NCBI GenBank assembly: GCA_963797635.1
Contig: CAWCPZ010000003.1
Coordinates: 141,346 to 205,345 of the forward strand
Source of the DNA: an uncultured Actinomycetes bacterium
Lineage (GTDB): Bacteria; Actinomycetota; UBA4738; HRBIN12
DNA length: 64,000 bases
Direction: 5' to 3'
The stretch's first letter is position 1, and each line of letters starts with the position of its first letter. Below are positions 1 to 9,511 of the stretch, one piece after another. The notes under the pieces were generated by a model that was given only the letters and a program-made list of their open reading frames with translations, was not told where the DNA came from and did not search any database. The position numbers were made by a program, and so were the translations under genes.

Positions 1-143
1 AGGCCTTCGAGTTCGTTGTCGGACAGGGTCGAGTCGTAGAGCCGTGGGCCGAGCACCTCCACCAGGCGCTCTTGCACCTTGACCCGGACCTCTGACATCC
101 GGTCCTTCTGCTGGCTCTTGGCCAACCTGTCTGCGAGGGACAT
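1..143 (-). CDS. cpaF: CpaF/TadA pilus assembly ATPase, N-terminal fragment (runs off the window)
   Basis: Manual translation MSLADRLAKSQQKDRMSEVRVKVQERLVEVLGPRLYDSTLSD resembles actinobacterial CpaF N-termini. AAGGAGG RBS upstream; lies directly downstream of cpaE. Confidence 0.75.
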   Translation of the reverse strand, partial: MSLADRLAKSQQKDRMSEVRVKVQERLVEVLGPRLYDSTLSDNELEG

Positions 144-170
144 CTGGGGAGCCTCCTTGGGTCTCGTGTG

Positions 171-1389
171 CTAGCTCTTCGCGAACAGACGCTTCTTCTT
201 CTTGGATCGGCCGTCGGGCTCGAGGCCATCTCGTCGCCGGGCGTGCCGGCGAGGAAACGACCCGCGAGCTGACGCACCGCCACCGCCACCTCGGACGAGG
301 GCTCGTCGAGCACGACCGGACGGCCCTTGTTCAACGAGGTCGGCACGAGCCGGCTGGACGGGATCATGGCGTCGACCTGGATCTTCATGACCCGCTCGAC
401 GTCGCTGGCGTCCAGGCCGACCTTGGAGTCGGCGCGGTTCAGCACGACGCGGAACCGCTCGCGCGGCAACCCGATCGTCATCAAGGTGTCGAGGGCCTTG
501 CCCAGGTGCTTGACGCCGACCACGTCGAGGCCGGTGACCAGGCAGATGATGTCGCTGAGGTCGAAGCACACGAGCGCGGAGTCCGAATAGTCGACCGACG
601 CGTCGACCACCACGTGCGGGAAGTCGTTGCGGATCGCGCGGAGGAACTTGCCGATCGACTCTCCGGCGGGCGCCTCGGCCGCCGGGTCGATCGGGGCGCC
701 GAACGCCCACAGGTGGTCGCCCACCTGCTGACCCACGCTGCGGACCTGTTCGTGGGTCGCACCCTCGCCCAGGGCCATGAGGTCGGGGATGCCCGTGGCC
801 GGCTCGGTGCCGAAGTAGGTGAAGACGTCACCCATGTCGAAGTCGAGGTCGACCACGGCCGTGTCCTGACCGGTGATGCTCCGCGATGGCGCAGGCCAGG
901 TTCGTCGTGAGGAAGGTCTTGCCGGCCCCGCCCTTGGACGAGAACACCGACATGATCCGGCCCTTCTGGGACTGGAACCCTTCCGACCGGCGCGACGCTG
1001 ACCGAGCGCAGGTTCGAGGCCCACACGATGGCGCGTTCGACGGCGTCGCGGAGCTCCTCGTTGCCCTGGGTCATGTCCACGACGTCACGGATGCCGGCCC
1101 GCATCGCGGCGGGCAGCAGGCCGTTCCACGTGTGGTCCCGGACCAGCACGATCGCCGTGCCCGGTGCCTGACGGCCCACGAACTCGGCGAGCCCGAGGGC
1201 GTCGGGCTCCTTGACCTCGGGCGACAGCACCAGGACCTCGATCGGGTTGAAGGCGTGGATCAGGAGCTCTTCGGCCGCGGTGGCGGACTGAACCCAGCCC
1301 ACCTCCTCGGGCTCGATCTCCAGCGCACGCGCCAGCTGCTGGCGGAACGACTGAGGGGTACCGACGGCGACGACACTCGGCTCATTCAT
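171..1389 (-). CDS. cpaE: CpaE/TadZ-like protein (receiver-like domain + MinD/ParA-type ATPase), frameshifted
   Basis: Receiver-like N-terminus (LLPAAMRAGIRDVV). After frameshifts (~970, ~880, ~320): deviant Walker A SSKGGAGKT, VDLDFDMGDV, VVLNRADS. Ends KKKKRLFAKS*. Confidence 0.85.
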
Positions 1390-2181
1390 GACTTCTGTCC
1401 CAACACGCGATCGAGGGGGATCACCGAGAAGGGAAGGGGGTGTCCCGCTTCCTCATCCGGTGGGAGCAGGCCGATCCAGATCCGGCCGGTCTCCTGGGCA
1501 TAGACGAGGTTCTGTGCATCCTGCGGCGTGAGGTCGAGGGTCAGGGTGACCGGCTCGTTCGCCGACTGGCTGCTGCCTTCGGCGGTCACGGGGTTGACGA
1601 CCTCCAGGACCCGAACCGCCGGGATCAAGGTGGTGGTGAGGGTCGGGAGCGTGGCGGTCTGCACGTTGGTGGGCGCCTTCGCGATCTGCTGCTGCGGCGT
1701 GCCGCCCGGCAGGAACTCCGGAGACTCGAACGTGGCGTAGACCACGATGGACGAGCCGCGCGTGATCGAGCCGTTCACGGCGGCCTGGTCGTCGACCCGG
1801 ATGGACACCGCGACGTTGCCGTCGCTGATGCCGAGGGAGCCGCCCTGCGGGCGCCTCGCCGCTGGAGAGCCGTCCGACCGGGATCTGCTCGTTCGCCAGG
1901 ATCGGCGCCGTGCTCGTGAGCCCTCGGAGCTGCGAGGGGTCGCTGACGGCGCCGTCGACGACCGCGTCGCTGGGCACCCGGAGCGTGGTGAACGCGCCCT
2001 GGTCGATCAGCGGGTTCAGGTTCGTGTTGGCGGGGATGTCCTGCGAGGCCACGACGACCTCACTCAAGGATCCGCCCGTGACGGCGTCTTCCTTGACCCC
2101 GTTCGTGTACAGGATCACCGCTGCGGACGCCACGATGGCGAGGACCACAGCGATGGCGACCACCAGACCGCGTGACCTCAT
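1386..2181 (-). CDS. cpaB: Flp pilus assembly protein CpaB/RcpC (SAF domain), frameshift ~1850
   Basis: N-terminal TM, SAF motif VVVASQDIPANT, C-terminal VTLTLDLTPQDAQNLVYAQETGRIWIGL. ATGA overlap with cpaE. Confidence 0.88.
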
Positions 2182-2206
2182 CGCCCTTCGCTCCTTTCCA
2201 TGATCT

Positions 2207-3621
2207 TCAGCTCTCCTCGGGGCAGGTACCGAGCTCGAGATCGCACAAGGCGAACGCGCTCACCCCGAAGTCCTCGCCCTCGCCGATGGTTCCACCGGTG
2301 GTCGAGAATCCTCGCCATTCCGTCACCAGACAGATCGCGTTGGGGTCGCTCGGGTGGATCCCGCACGCCCCCGCTGTTCCGTTCATCGACCAGCCGTACG
2401 TAATCTTGAGGTTGGTCGCCGCGGCGGTTCGCCACGTGATCGTTCGTGCGGTGGCGTCGTACCAATAGGCGCACGTCGCCGACAGGTCTCCGGGCGCGCA
2501 CTGCGTGTACTCGGCGCCCTTCTTCGGGAGTGATGTGCACCGACGATGCCGCCACCGAATCCGGCGTGCCGGTCGGGCACCCGCCACCCGTGCCGTAGGA
2601 GGACGACAGGTTCCAGGTCTGGCCCGTGGTGAACGCGCTGATCGTCGGCGTGCAGGTGCCGCTGACGCTCCGGCCGATCCGATGGCGGCCGGGTCGTTGC
2701 CCTTGTAGACCTCGGAGATCAGCAGCTTGGTGAACCCGATGATGTCGTACTTGTCGGGCGTGGACGGGCACGGCGAGACGTTGCCGCTCTTGTCCAGCTG
2801 GCCGTCGCAGTCGTTGACCGGGAAGAGCTTCGTCGTGCCGATCTCGGTCGTGGAGCGTGCTCCAGTTCGACGTGGAGTGGCCGGTGTCGTTGCAGACGTA
2901 GGTGGGCTCGCTCCCCGGAGGGGTTCCGTTGAGGGTCAGCGGATGTCGGGATAGCCGTTGACGATCCAGTCCCGCCGATCCGAGGACCCGGCGTTGTGGC
3001 AGTTGGTGCCGGCGTCGACGTCCCACTGGCTGAGGTTCATGAACCCCCAGTTGGCGGCGCCGAGGCTCGAATCGCCGTTGTTGTACCAGAAGGCGCAGGT
3101 GTCACCGATCTCGATCCCGTCGGGGATCTTGCAGACGCCCTGGAGGTAGCCGGAGTCCAGCACGATCGGCACGGCGTACCCCCCGGCGGCGGGTCCCCAC
3201 GCGGCGGTCGCCGCCGTGCGTCACCGACCCGTGGTCGCCGAACCCGAAGATCCCGGCGAAGAACAGGCTCTGGGGGTGGGAGTACTCGACGGTGACGTGC
3301 CCACGGCCGGTGTCGCAGCCGACGATCTCGGTGATGCCGCCGTTCTCGGCCAGGAGGCCGTCGACGTTGGCCGAGGCGTAGATGTCGGCGCGGCTCTCGG
3401 GCGCGAAGGAGTCGCCGGTGTCGGCGCACGACTGGGCGGCGGCCAGGGCGGCCGCATCGGATGCGTTCACCATGGCGCGTCGCTTGAGGAGCAGGCCGCC
3501 CACATCGACCGTGAGCACGAGCATGCCCATGATGGCGATCAGGGCCAGCACGGTGATCACGACGACCGCGCCCGACTCCTCGTTCGCGCGGGTCCGTGCA
3601 GAGCGCCGACCTAGCGATCAG
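2207..3621 (-). CDS. TadG-like minor pilin/adhesin with Cys-rich C-terminal region, several frameshifts
   Basis: EESGAVVVITVLALIAIMGMLVLTVDVGGLL..NASDAAALAAAQ is the Tad/TadG N-terminus. Later NWGFMNL and YDIIGF motifs. Start approximate. Confidence 0.8.
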
Positions 3622-4074
3622 ACCGGCTCGCACCGGAACGTCCCTTCGATCTGCGGGTTCAAGGTGAACGAGGGCAGCAAGGGGATGTCGATCGAGAAGA
3701 TCTGCTGGATACCGGCCGGCAAGCTCGCGGGATCGATCGACACCGTGACCGACTGGTCGACGGCGGTGGCGTCCCCCGGGTCGGGGCACCCGCCGACGGG
3801 CGTGATCGTGAGACCGGTGTAGCCGGCGGGGAGCGCGCCGGCCGAGGCGCCGACCACGGCGTCGCGGATCTGGGTCTCGTCGCCGCCGACGGCGGCGACG
3901 CGGGCGCCCTCTCGAGCCGACGGCGCGCAGGCTCTGGAGCTGCCAGAAGGCGAGGCCGTACTCCATCATGCCGAAGATCAACATGGCCAGCAGGCCGACG
4001 ATCAACGCGAATTCCACCGCCGCCGCGCCGTCTTCCCGCTGGGCATGACGGCGTAGGTTCGAAGGTCTCTCCAT
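3618..4074 (-). CDS. tadE: TadE family pseudopilin, frameshift ~3915
   Basis: EDGAAAVEFALIVGLLAMLIFGMMEYG prepilin motif; C-terminal half in ORF 3618..3857. Confidence 0.88.
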
Positions 4075-4138
4075 CTTCGTGATACCTCGCTCGCTCGTGC
4101 GCCGGTCCCTCACTCCCTCGGCATGGATCCGGGAGAGT

Positions 4139-4161
4139 GAGCGGCCGGCGTACAGCCGCTC
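4139..4161 (-). terminator. Stem-loop downstream of flp (attenuator or mRNA stabiliser)
   Basis: GAGCGGC..GCCGCTC inverted repeat between the flp stop and tadE. Confidence 0.35.
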
Positions 4162-4180
4162 GTGCTGTAACGTTGCGGCC

Positions 4181-4397
4181 TTAGCTGCAGTCGGCTGGGT
4201 CGCCGACGCAGTCGCCGACCGAGCTGGAACTGCTCGCTGGAGCTCGTGCCGATGAAGGCAACTGCCGCGATGATGACCACCGCGATCAGGGCAACCATCA
4301 GCGCGTACTCCACCGCGGTCGCGCCACCTTCCTCAGCGGCCCGAGCCTTGAGCCCGTCCCACCAAGAGGTCGCGCTCGTGTAGAGACGCAGGAACAT
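4181..4397 (-). CDS. flp: Flp/Fap type IVb major pilin (one-base insertion near 4226)
   Basis: EEGGATAVEYALMVALIAVVIIAAVAFIG Flp motif. Removing one C gives ..SEQFSSVGDCVGDPADCS* with TAA at 4181-4183. RBS upstream. Confidence 0.92.
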
Positions 4398-4533
4398 GTG
4401 CTACACCCCCTTCCTCCGAAAGATCCGTCCTTGCTGGGAGGGTTTTCGACCTCTCAGCTGTGAAGCTTGAGTGCGGACACCACGGTAGATTCCGCGGTCT
4501 GACCAGGGAATTCCGTGTTTCCCGGAGGGTGGC

Positions 4534-4549
4534 TACGTAGTCCTACGTA
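4534..4549. promoter_or_regulatory. Perfect 7-2-7 inverted repeat TACGTAG-TC-CTACGTA, candidate NarL/LuxR-family site
   Basis: Seen directly in the divergent flp / glycosyltransferase intergenic region. Confidence 0.5.
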
Positions 4550-4565
4550 CGCACGTGCGTGGACT

Positions 4566-4592
4566 CCAGCGCCCGGGTTCGCCGGCCGATGG
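4566..4592 (+). promoter_or_regulatory. sigma28/WhiG-like promoter CCAG-N15-GCCGATGG
   Basis: GCCGAT box ends 9 nt before the ATG at 4602. Same architecture as four other sites in the window. Confidence 0.45.
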
Positions 4593-4601
4593 AATCGGGA
4601 G

Positions 4602-6128
4602 ATGGCCCACGCCCTGCGACCCGCCCCGACCCGGCACCGGACCCGGGTCACGAGCACCACGACGACCCGTCCTCGGCGGTGGCCGTCCCCGTGGCCCACG
4701 CTCGACCACGTCTGGGCGGCGCTCCCCGTCGTCATCCCGGTCGTGGTCTCCCTCGCGACCCGCATGGTGGCGATCGACCTCGCCTACCACGTACGCGCCG
4801 GCGAGCAGGTCCTGCGCGGGCGGGATCCCGAGGGCGACACGTGTACGTTCACGAGTGGCCGGAGCGGCCTGGCTGGACCAGCAGTGGCGTGCTCAGGCGC
4901 TGCTGGCATCGGCCCATCGCGTCGGAGGGTTCGCGCGATCGCCGCTGCTCCGAGCTGGGCTGATCGGGCTGACGTTCGCCCTGGTCTACCTGTCGTGCCG
5001 GGCCGAAGGGAGCGAGCCCGCGAGACCTCCTCGTTGCTGTCGCTCGGAGGGTTCGTCGTGTGCCTGCAGGCCCTGGCGATGCGACCGCAGCTCTTCGCGT
5101 TGCTTCCTGTTCGCCGCATCTTGTGGATCCTGGCGGCCCGCCACGCGCATCCCGGGCGGTGTGGGCCCTGCCGGTGCGGAGCGGTCGTGTGGGCCAACGT
5201 GCACGGAAGCTTCTTGCTCGCTCCCCTCTGCTGGTGCGGCCTGGCGCTGGTCGAAGACGTGATCGGAGGACTCCGGGATGGCGAAGGATGGCCCGGTCTC
5301 GCCGTGGGCTGACCGCGATCGCGACCTTGGTCAACCCCTTCGGCGTCGGCGTCTGGGGCTACGTCGTGGAGACCTGCGCACGAACCCGTCATCCGCGACA
5401 CGATCACCGAGTGGGCTCCGATGTCGGTCTCGACGTTCTCGGGGATCGCGTTCTTCCTCACGGCAGCCCTGATCGCGGATGGCTGGCTCGGCGCGAGCGC
5501 GTCCGTCCCGTGGGCCGCGTTGCTCTGGCTCGGAACCTTCTTCGCGCTCGCCTTGCCGGCCCGACGCGGCGTGATCTGGTGGGCGCTCGTGGCGCCGGTG
5601 GTGGTGGCCGGCCTCCTTGACCTTCGAAGCGCACCACGGACGATGCCCACCGGTTCGCGTTGGATGAACATGACGGTCATCGCGCTCCTCGGGGCGACGG
5701 TGCTTGCCTTCCTGCCGTGGTCGAGAGGCTTGCGTTCCACGGACCTGCTCGCAGAGGCGCCGGTGGGACTCACCGCGGCCGCCCGGGAGCAGCTGCCACC
5801 TGGGGCGAACGTGCTCACACCTCAGGCCTGGGGATCGTGGTTCGAGTTCGATGCCCCCGAGCAGCAGGTCTTCCTCGATGCACGGGTCGAGCTGCAGCCG
5901 CAAGCGGCCTGGGACGACTACAACGCGGTCCGAACCGCCCGAGGCGATTGGGGCGCCATCCTCGATCGATGGTCCGTCGATGCGGTCGTGGTGGATGCCC
6001 GCCCCGGCTGGGAGGAGCTGGAAGGTGCGCTGGCCGGGTCATCCGAGTGGTGTCTGGCCACGAGGGACGTGGCGGGGAGCCTGTTCATCCGAGACGACGC
6101 CGTCGACGGTCGCTGCATCGCATCATGA
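4602..6128 (+). CDS. Multi-TM membrane protein, putative GT-C-fold glycosyltransferase, several frameshifts
   Basis: Motifs DLAYHVRAG..D..TFT..WLDQQW, RPQLF, WANVHGSF, LVNPFG, ITEW and a soluble C-terminal domain VFLDARVEL..WDDY..ILDRWSVDAVV. Confidence 0.65.
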
Positions 6129-7385
6129 GTGGCACGGGCAGGTTCCGCCGGGGATCATCGTTGGCCCTCGCGGCCATGATGGGTCTCACGACGCTGACCA
6201 TGGTCCTCGGGGCTGGGCTCAAGTCCCCGTGCGCCGACCGATCGTGGGTCGAAGAACGACGCGGGGCCAGCGGCCAGTGCTACTCCGACATCGCCGATCT
6301 CCTTCGGACCGAGCAATTGGCCGACGGCCGCCTGCCGTATCTCGAACGATGTGACGCGGCGGCGAAGCCATGCGACGAGTATCCGCTCGTCTCGATGTAC
6401 GTGATGCGCTTGACCGCTTCATGGCCGGGAGGCGGCGACCCGTACACGACCTTCTTCTGGGTCAACGTGATACTGCTGCTGGCCTGCGCCCTCGTGATCA
6501 CGTGGTGCCTCGAACGGCTCGGCGCGGCGACCGCGTTGTTCGCGGCCGCTCCCACGCTGCTGATCTACGGGACGATGAACTGGGATCTCGTGCCGGTGGC
6601 GTTCGCAACGGTGGCGACGTTCGCATTCCTCCGGCGGCGCGAGGTCGCGAGCGGCATCCTTCTGGGCATCGGAGCGGCCGCCAAGCTCTACCCGGCGCTG
6701 TTGGTGTTGCCGTTCGCCGCCGATCGCTGGCGGACCGACGAACGCGGCCGAGGGGTGAAGCTGGTGCTCGCTGCCGGCCATCTCCTGGCTCGCCCTCAAC
6801 CTTCCGTTCGCCCTCGCGGCCCCGGAGGGCTGGTTCCATTTCGTCCGGTACCACTCGGAGCGACCGGCGGAGTACGACTCGCTCTGGCGGGTGGCGTGTG
6901 AGAACGGCCTGTGTCTGTCGACCGGCGCCATCAACGTCGCCTCGCTCATCCTGTTCGCGGTCGGGAGCGCGTTCGTGTGGCGCCTCAAGGAACGACGGGA
7001 CCCGGAGGTCCAGGCGTGGACATTCGGATTCGTCCTGGTCGCGATGTTCCTGTTGACGAACAAGGTGTGGTCGCCGCAGTACGCGTTGTGGCTGCTCCCG
7101 TGGTTCGCATTGGTGGCACCCTCGTTCAAGCCGTACCTCGCGTTCCAAGCGGCCGAGGTGCTGGTGTTCGTCGCGAGGTTCTCGTTCTTCCAGCATCTGG
7201 AAGGAGACGGCGGCCTGCCGTACGCAGCGCTTGAGATCGCGGTCGCTGCCCGAGCGTTGGCGCTGGTCTGGTGCCTCGCGGCGTGGGTGCGAGCTGACTA
7301 CTCCGTGGCGCCGACGGTGACGAGGCCGGACTGGGCCGCCAAGCGGATCGCCGCCAAGCGACTGCCGACCCCCAACTTGCCGTAG
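6125..7385 (+). CDS. Glycosyltransferase family 87 (DUF2029-like, polyprenol-phosphate-sugar dependent), frameshift ~6780
   Basis: KSPC..CYSDI..L..LPY..EYP, NWDL, GAAAKLYP, NKVWSPQYALWLLP motifs. ATGA overlap with the upstream gene. Confidence 0.85.
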
Positions 7386-8002
7386 ATCCGCGCGAGGTGG
7401 GTGGTGACGGTGCGCTCCCGCACGCCGAGCCGGGTCGCGATCTCGCGCGCGGTCAAGCCCTCGGCGGCCACGCTGAGGACCTCACGTTCGCGCTCGGTGA
7501 GCTTGATGTCGAAGTCGCGGCGACGCTGGAGGCCCTCGGCGATCTGGCCCACCGAACCCTGGGTCGGAGACGCCAGCACCATCTCGCGATCGGCCGCTCG
7601 CCGCAGGCCCTGCAGGAACTCGACGGGGTCGATGTTCTTGTCCACGAACCCGTCGGCGCCCATGAACAACACCCGGGAGATCGTCGTGGGGTCGGCGTTG
7701 GCGCCGCACCCCAGGATCGCATGGCTGGGGAACCGTTCCCGCATCGTGCGGATCAACCAGAACGCGTCCTGCTCGCCCCCGAGGCCGAGCCCCACCACGA
7801 TCACGACGCGCGAGCGCCGCACCCGGCTGACGATCTCGATGGCCTCGGCGGCGGTGCCGGCTTCGGCCAGCACCTCCATGTCGGGACGGTCGTCGATCAG
7901 CAGGGCGATGCCGGCACGCACGACCGGCAGCGGATCGACGAGCACGACGCCGAGTCGGCGGCGGGCCCGTGCCGCGGTGGGTTCGGGACTCGTTCGGTTC
8001 AC
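7298..8002 (-). CDS. NarL/LuxR-family response regulator, atypical (no phospho-acceptor Asp)
   Basis: HTH LTEREREVL..GLTAREIA..TVTTHLARIYGKLGV. Receiver reads VVIVVGLGL where D is expected. Confidence 0.9.
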   Translation of the reverse strand: MNRTSPEPTAARARRRLGVVLVDPLPVVRAGIALLIDDRPDMEVLAEAGTAAEAIEIVSRVRRSRVVIVVGLGLGGEQDAFWLIRTMRERFPSHAILGCGANADPTTISRVLFMGADGFVDKNIDPVEFLQGLRRAADREMVLASPTQGSVGQIAEGLQRRRDFDIKLTEREREVLSVAAEGLTAREIATRLGVRERTVTTHLARIYGKLGVGSRLAAIRLAAQSGLVTVGATE

Positions 8003-8009
8003 GATGAGG

Positions 8010-8037
8010 CTATCGGCAGGTTGAGGCGAGGTCGTGA
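8010..8037 (-). promoter_or_regulatory. sigma28/WhiG-like promoter TCAC-N16-GCCGATAG (leaderless)
   Basis: -10 box ends 7 nt before the GTG start at 8002; no RBS. Confidence 0.6.
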
Positions 8038-8063
8038 GCGCCTTCTGGCGCGTGCCCGACCGC

Positions 8064-8753
8064 TCAGAGCTCGATCAAGCCGAGCTGGGCGGCGCGTGAA
8101 ACGGCCTGCACCCGCGTGCGGACGCCCAGCTTGCGGTAGAGCTTGGCGACGTGCGTCTCCACCGTGCGTGGCGAGATGCCGAGGCGCGTGCCCACCTGCT
8201 GCATCGTGAACCCGTCGCTCACCATCACCAGGATCTCCTGCTCCCGAGGCGTGAGCGATGCCTCCATCTCGGAGCCTTCGCGGGCCTTCCTGGCGAAGCT
8301 GCCCAGGGCCATGACGGCAGCCTGCTCCAGATCGGGGTCGATCAGGCGCTCGCCGTCGGCGATCCGTCGCACGCAGTCGCCCACCGCGCGCAGTCCGTCG
8401 GCCTTGCCGAGGTAGCCGCGCACGCCGAGCTTCAGCGCGTCGAGCACGGAGGCGCCGTCGGTGCGATCGGTCAGCACGAGCACGCCCGCGGCGACGCCTT
8501 CTTCACGGATCGCGCGGAGCGCCTCGAGGCCGTCGCCGTCGTCGAGTTCGACGTCCAGGACGATCACGTCGGGATGCTCACGGCGGCAGGCCTCGAGCAA
8601 CCCATCGGCGTCGGTGACCTCCGCGACGATCTCGAGACCGCCTTCGGTCATGCACGAACGCCGCACGACCTCGCGGATCACCGGATGCGCCCCGGCGATG
8701 ACGACGCGCGCCGCTGCCGCCTCGTGGTTCGCTCGTGCTCCGTGGCCGGCCAT
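8064..8753 (-). CDS. NarL/LuxR-family response regulator, atypical (acidic metal-binding pair missing)
   Basis: VVIAGAHP in place of VVIADDHP; VIVLD, VLT and GYLGK retained. LuxR HTH LTPREQEIL..TVETHVAKLYRKLGV. Confidence 0.9.
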   Translation of the reverse strand: MAGHGARANHEAAAARVVIAGAHPVIREVVRRSCMTEGGLEIVAEVTDADGLLEACRREHPDVIVLDVELDDGDGLEALRAIREEGVAAGVLVLTDRTDGASVLDALKLGVRGYLGKADGLRAVGDCVRRIADGERLIDPDLEQAAVMALGSFARKAREGSEMEASLTPREQEILVMVSDGFTMQQVGTRLGISPRTVETHVAKLYRKLGVRTRVQAVSRAAQLGLIEL

Positions 8754-8776
8754 CGGACGAAGGCTACCCCGGCCAC

Positions 8777-9433
8777 CTAGGCGGTGCGGGTCGCCGACCC
8801 CAGGCCGTTGCGCCAAGCGAGCCGCACGGCCTCGACCTTCGAGTGCACGCCGAGCTTGGCCAAGATGTTCTTCACGTGGCTCTGCACCGTGAGCGGGCTG
8901 ATCCCCAGCTCGCGCGCGATCTCGGGAGTGGACCGACCGTCGGCGAGCGCTCTCAGGATCTGACGCTCACGTCCGGTGAGCGACGTCCACCCGTCGGCGT
9001 GGTCGCGGTTGCCCATCAGGCGGTCGACCAGCCGGGGAAGGTCGGCGGCCGGCAGGACGAGTTCGCCGGCGACGGCGCGACGGAAGACGTCGATCAGGGA
9101 GCGGTCACGCACCGTGGGCAACACCCCACAGGCTCCTGCCGCCAGCGCCGTGGCCGCGGTCTCGGGTCCGTCCTGGGTGCTGGCCGCCAGGACGCGGATC
9201 CGCCCCGAGCCGTCCCGGATCGAGCCCACGACCTCGGCGCCCCGGCCGTCTTCGCGGTCGAGGTCGACCAGCACGAGGTCGGCGAGGCCCTCTTCCAACG
9301 CCGCGAGGGCCTCGGGGGCGTCGGGCACCGGACCCAGGACATGGATGGGCCCGCGTCGGGGCAGCGCAAGGATCAGTCCCTGCGCGAGCCCCGGGCTCTC
9401 GTCCACCACCAAGACCCGGATGTCCTCGCTCAT
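8777..9433 (-). CDS. NarL/LuxR-family response regulator, atypical (conserved Lys missing)
   Basis: MSEDIRVLVVDES, LVLVD retained; GACGVLPT in place of GA.GYLLK. HTH LTGRERQIL..TVQSHVKNILAKLGV. Confidence 0.9.
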   Translation of the reverse strand: MSEDIRVLVVDESPGLAQGLILALPRRGPIHVLGPVPDAPEALAALEEGLADLVLVDLDREDGRGAEVVGSIRDGSGRIRVLAASTQDGPETAATALAAGACGVLPTVRDRSLIDVFRRAVAGELVLPAADLPRLVDRLMGNRDHADGWTSLTGRERQILRALADGRSTPEIARELGISPLTVQSHVKNILAKLGVHSKVEAVRLAWRNGLGSATRTA

Positions 9434-9441
9434 CTCCGCAC

Positions 9442-9469
9442 CCATCGGCATCGTTGGTGGGTGGCCTGA
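9442..9469 (-). promoter_or_regulatory. sigma28/WhiG-like promoter TCAG-N16-GCCGATGG (leaderless)
   Basis: -10 box ends 8 nt before the ATG at 9433. Confidence 0.55.
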
Positions 9470-9511
9470 AGCAGCCGAGTGCATCTGGGCAGGACGCGAG
9501 ACACTGGAGGC

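Noticed and set aside
4398-4480. c-di-GMP riboswitch in the flp leader
   Set aside because: Only one clear hairpin. I could not identify the conserved class I or II sequence elements; an Rfam/Infernal scan would settle it.
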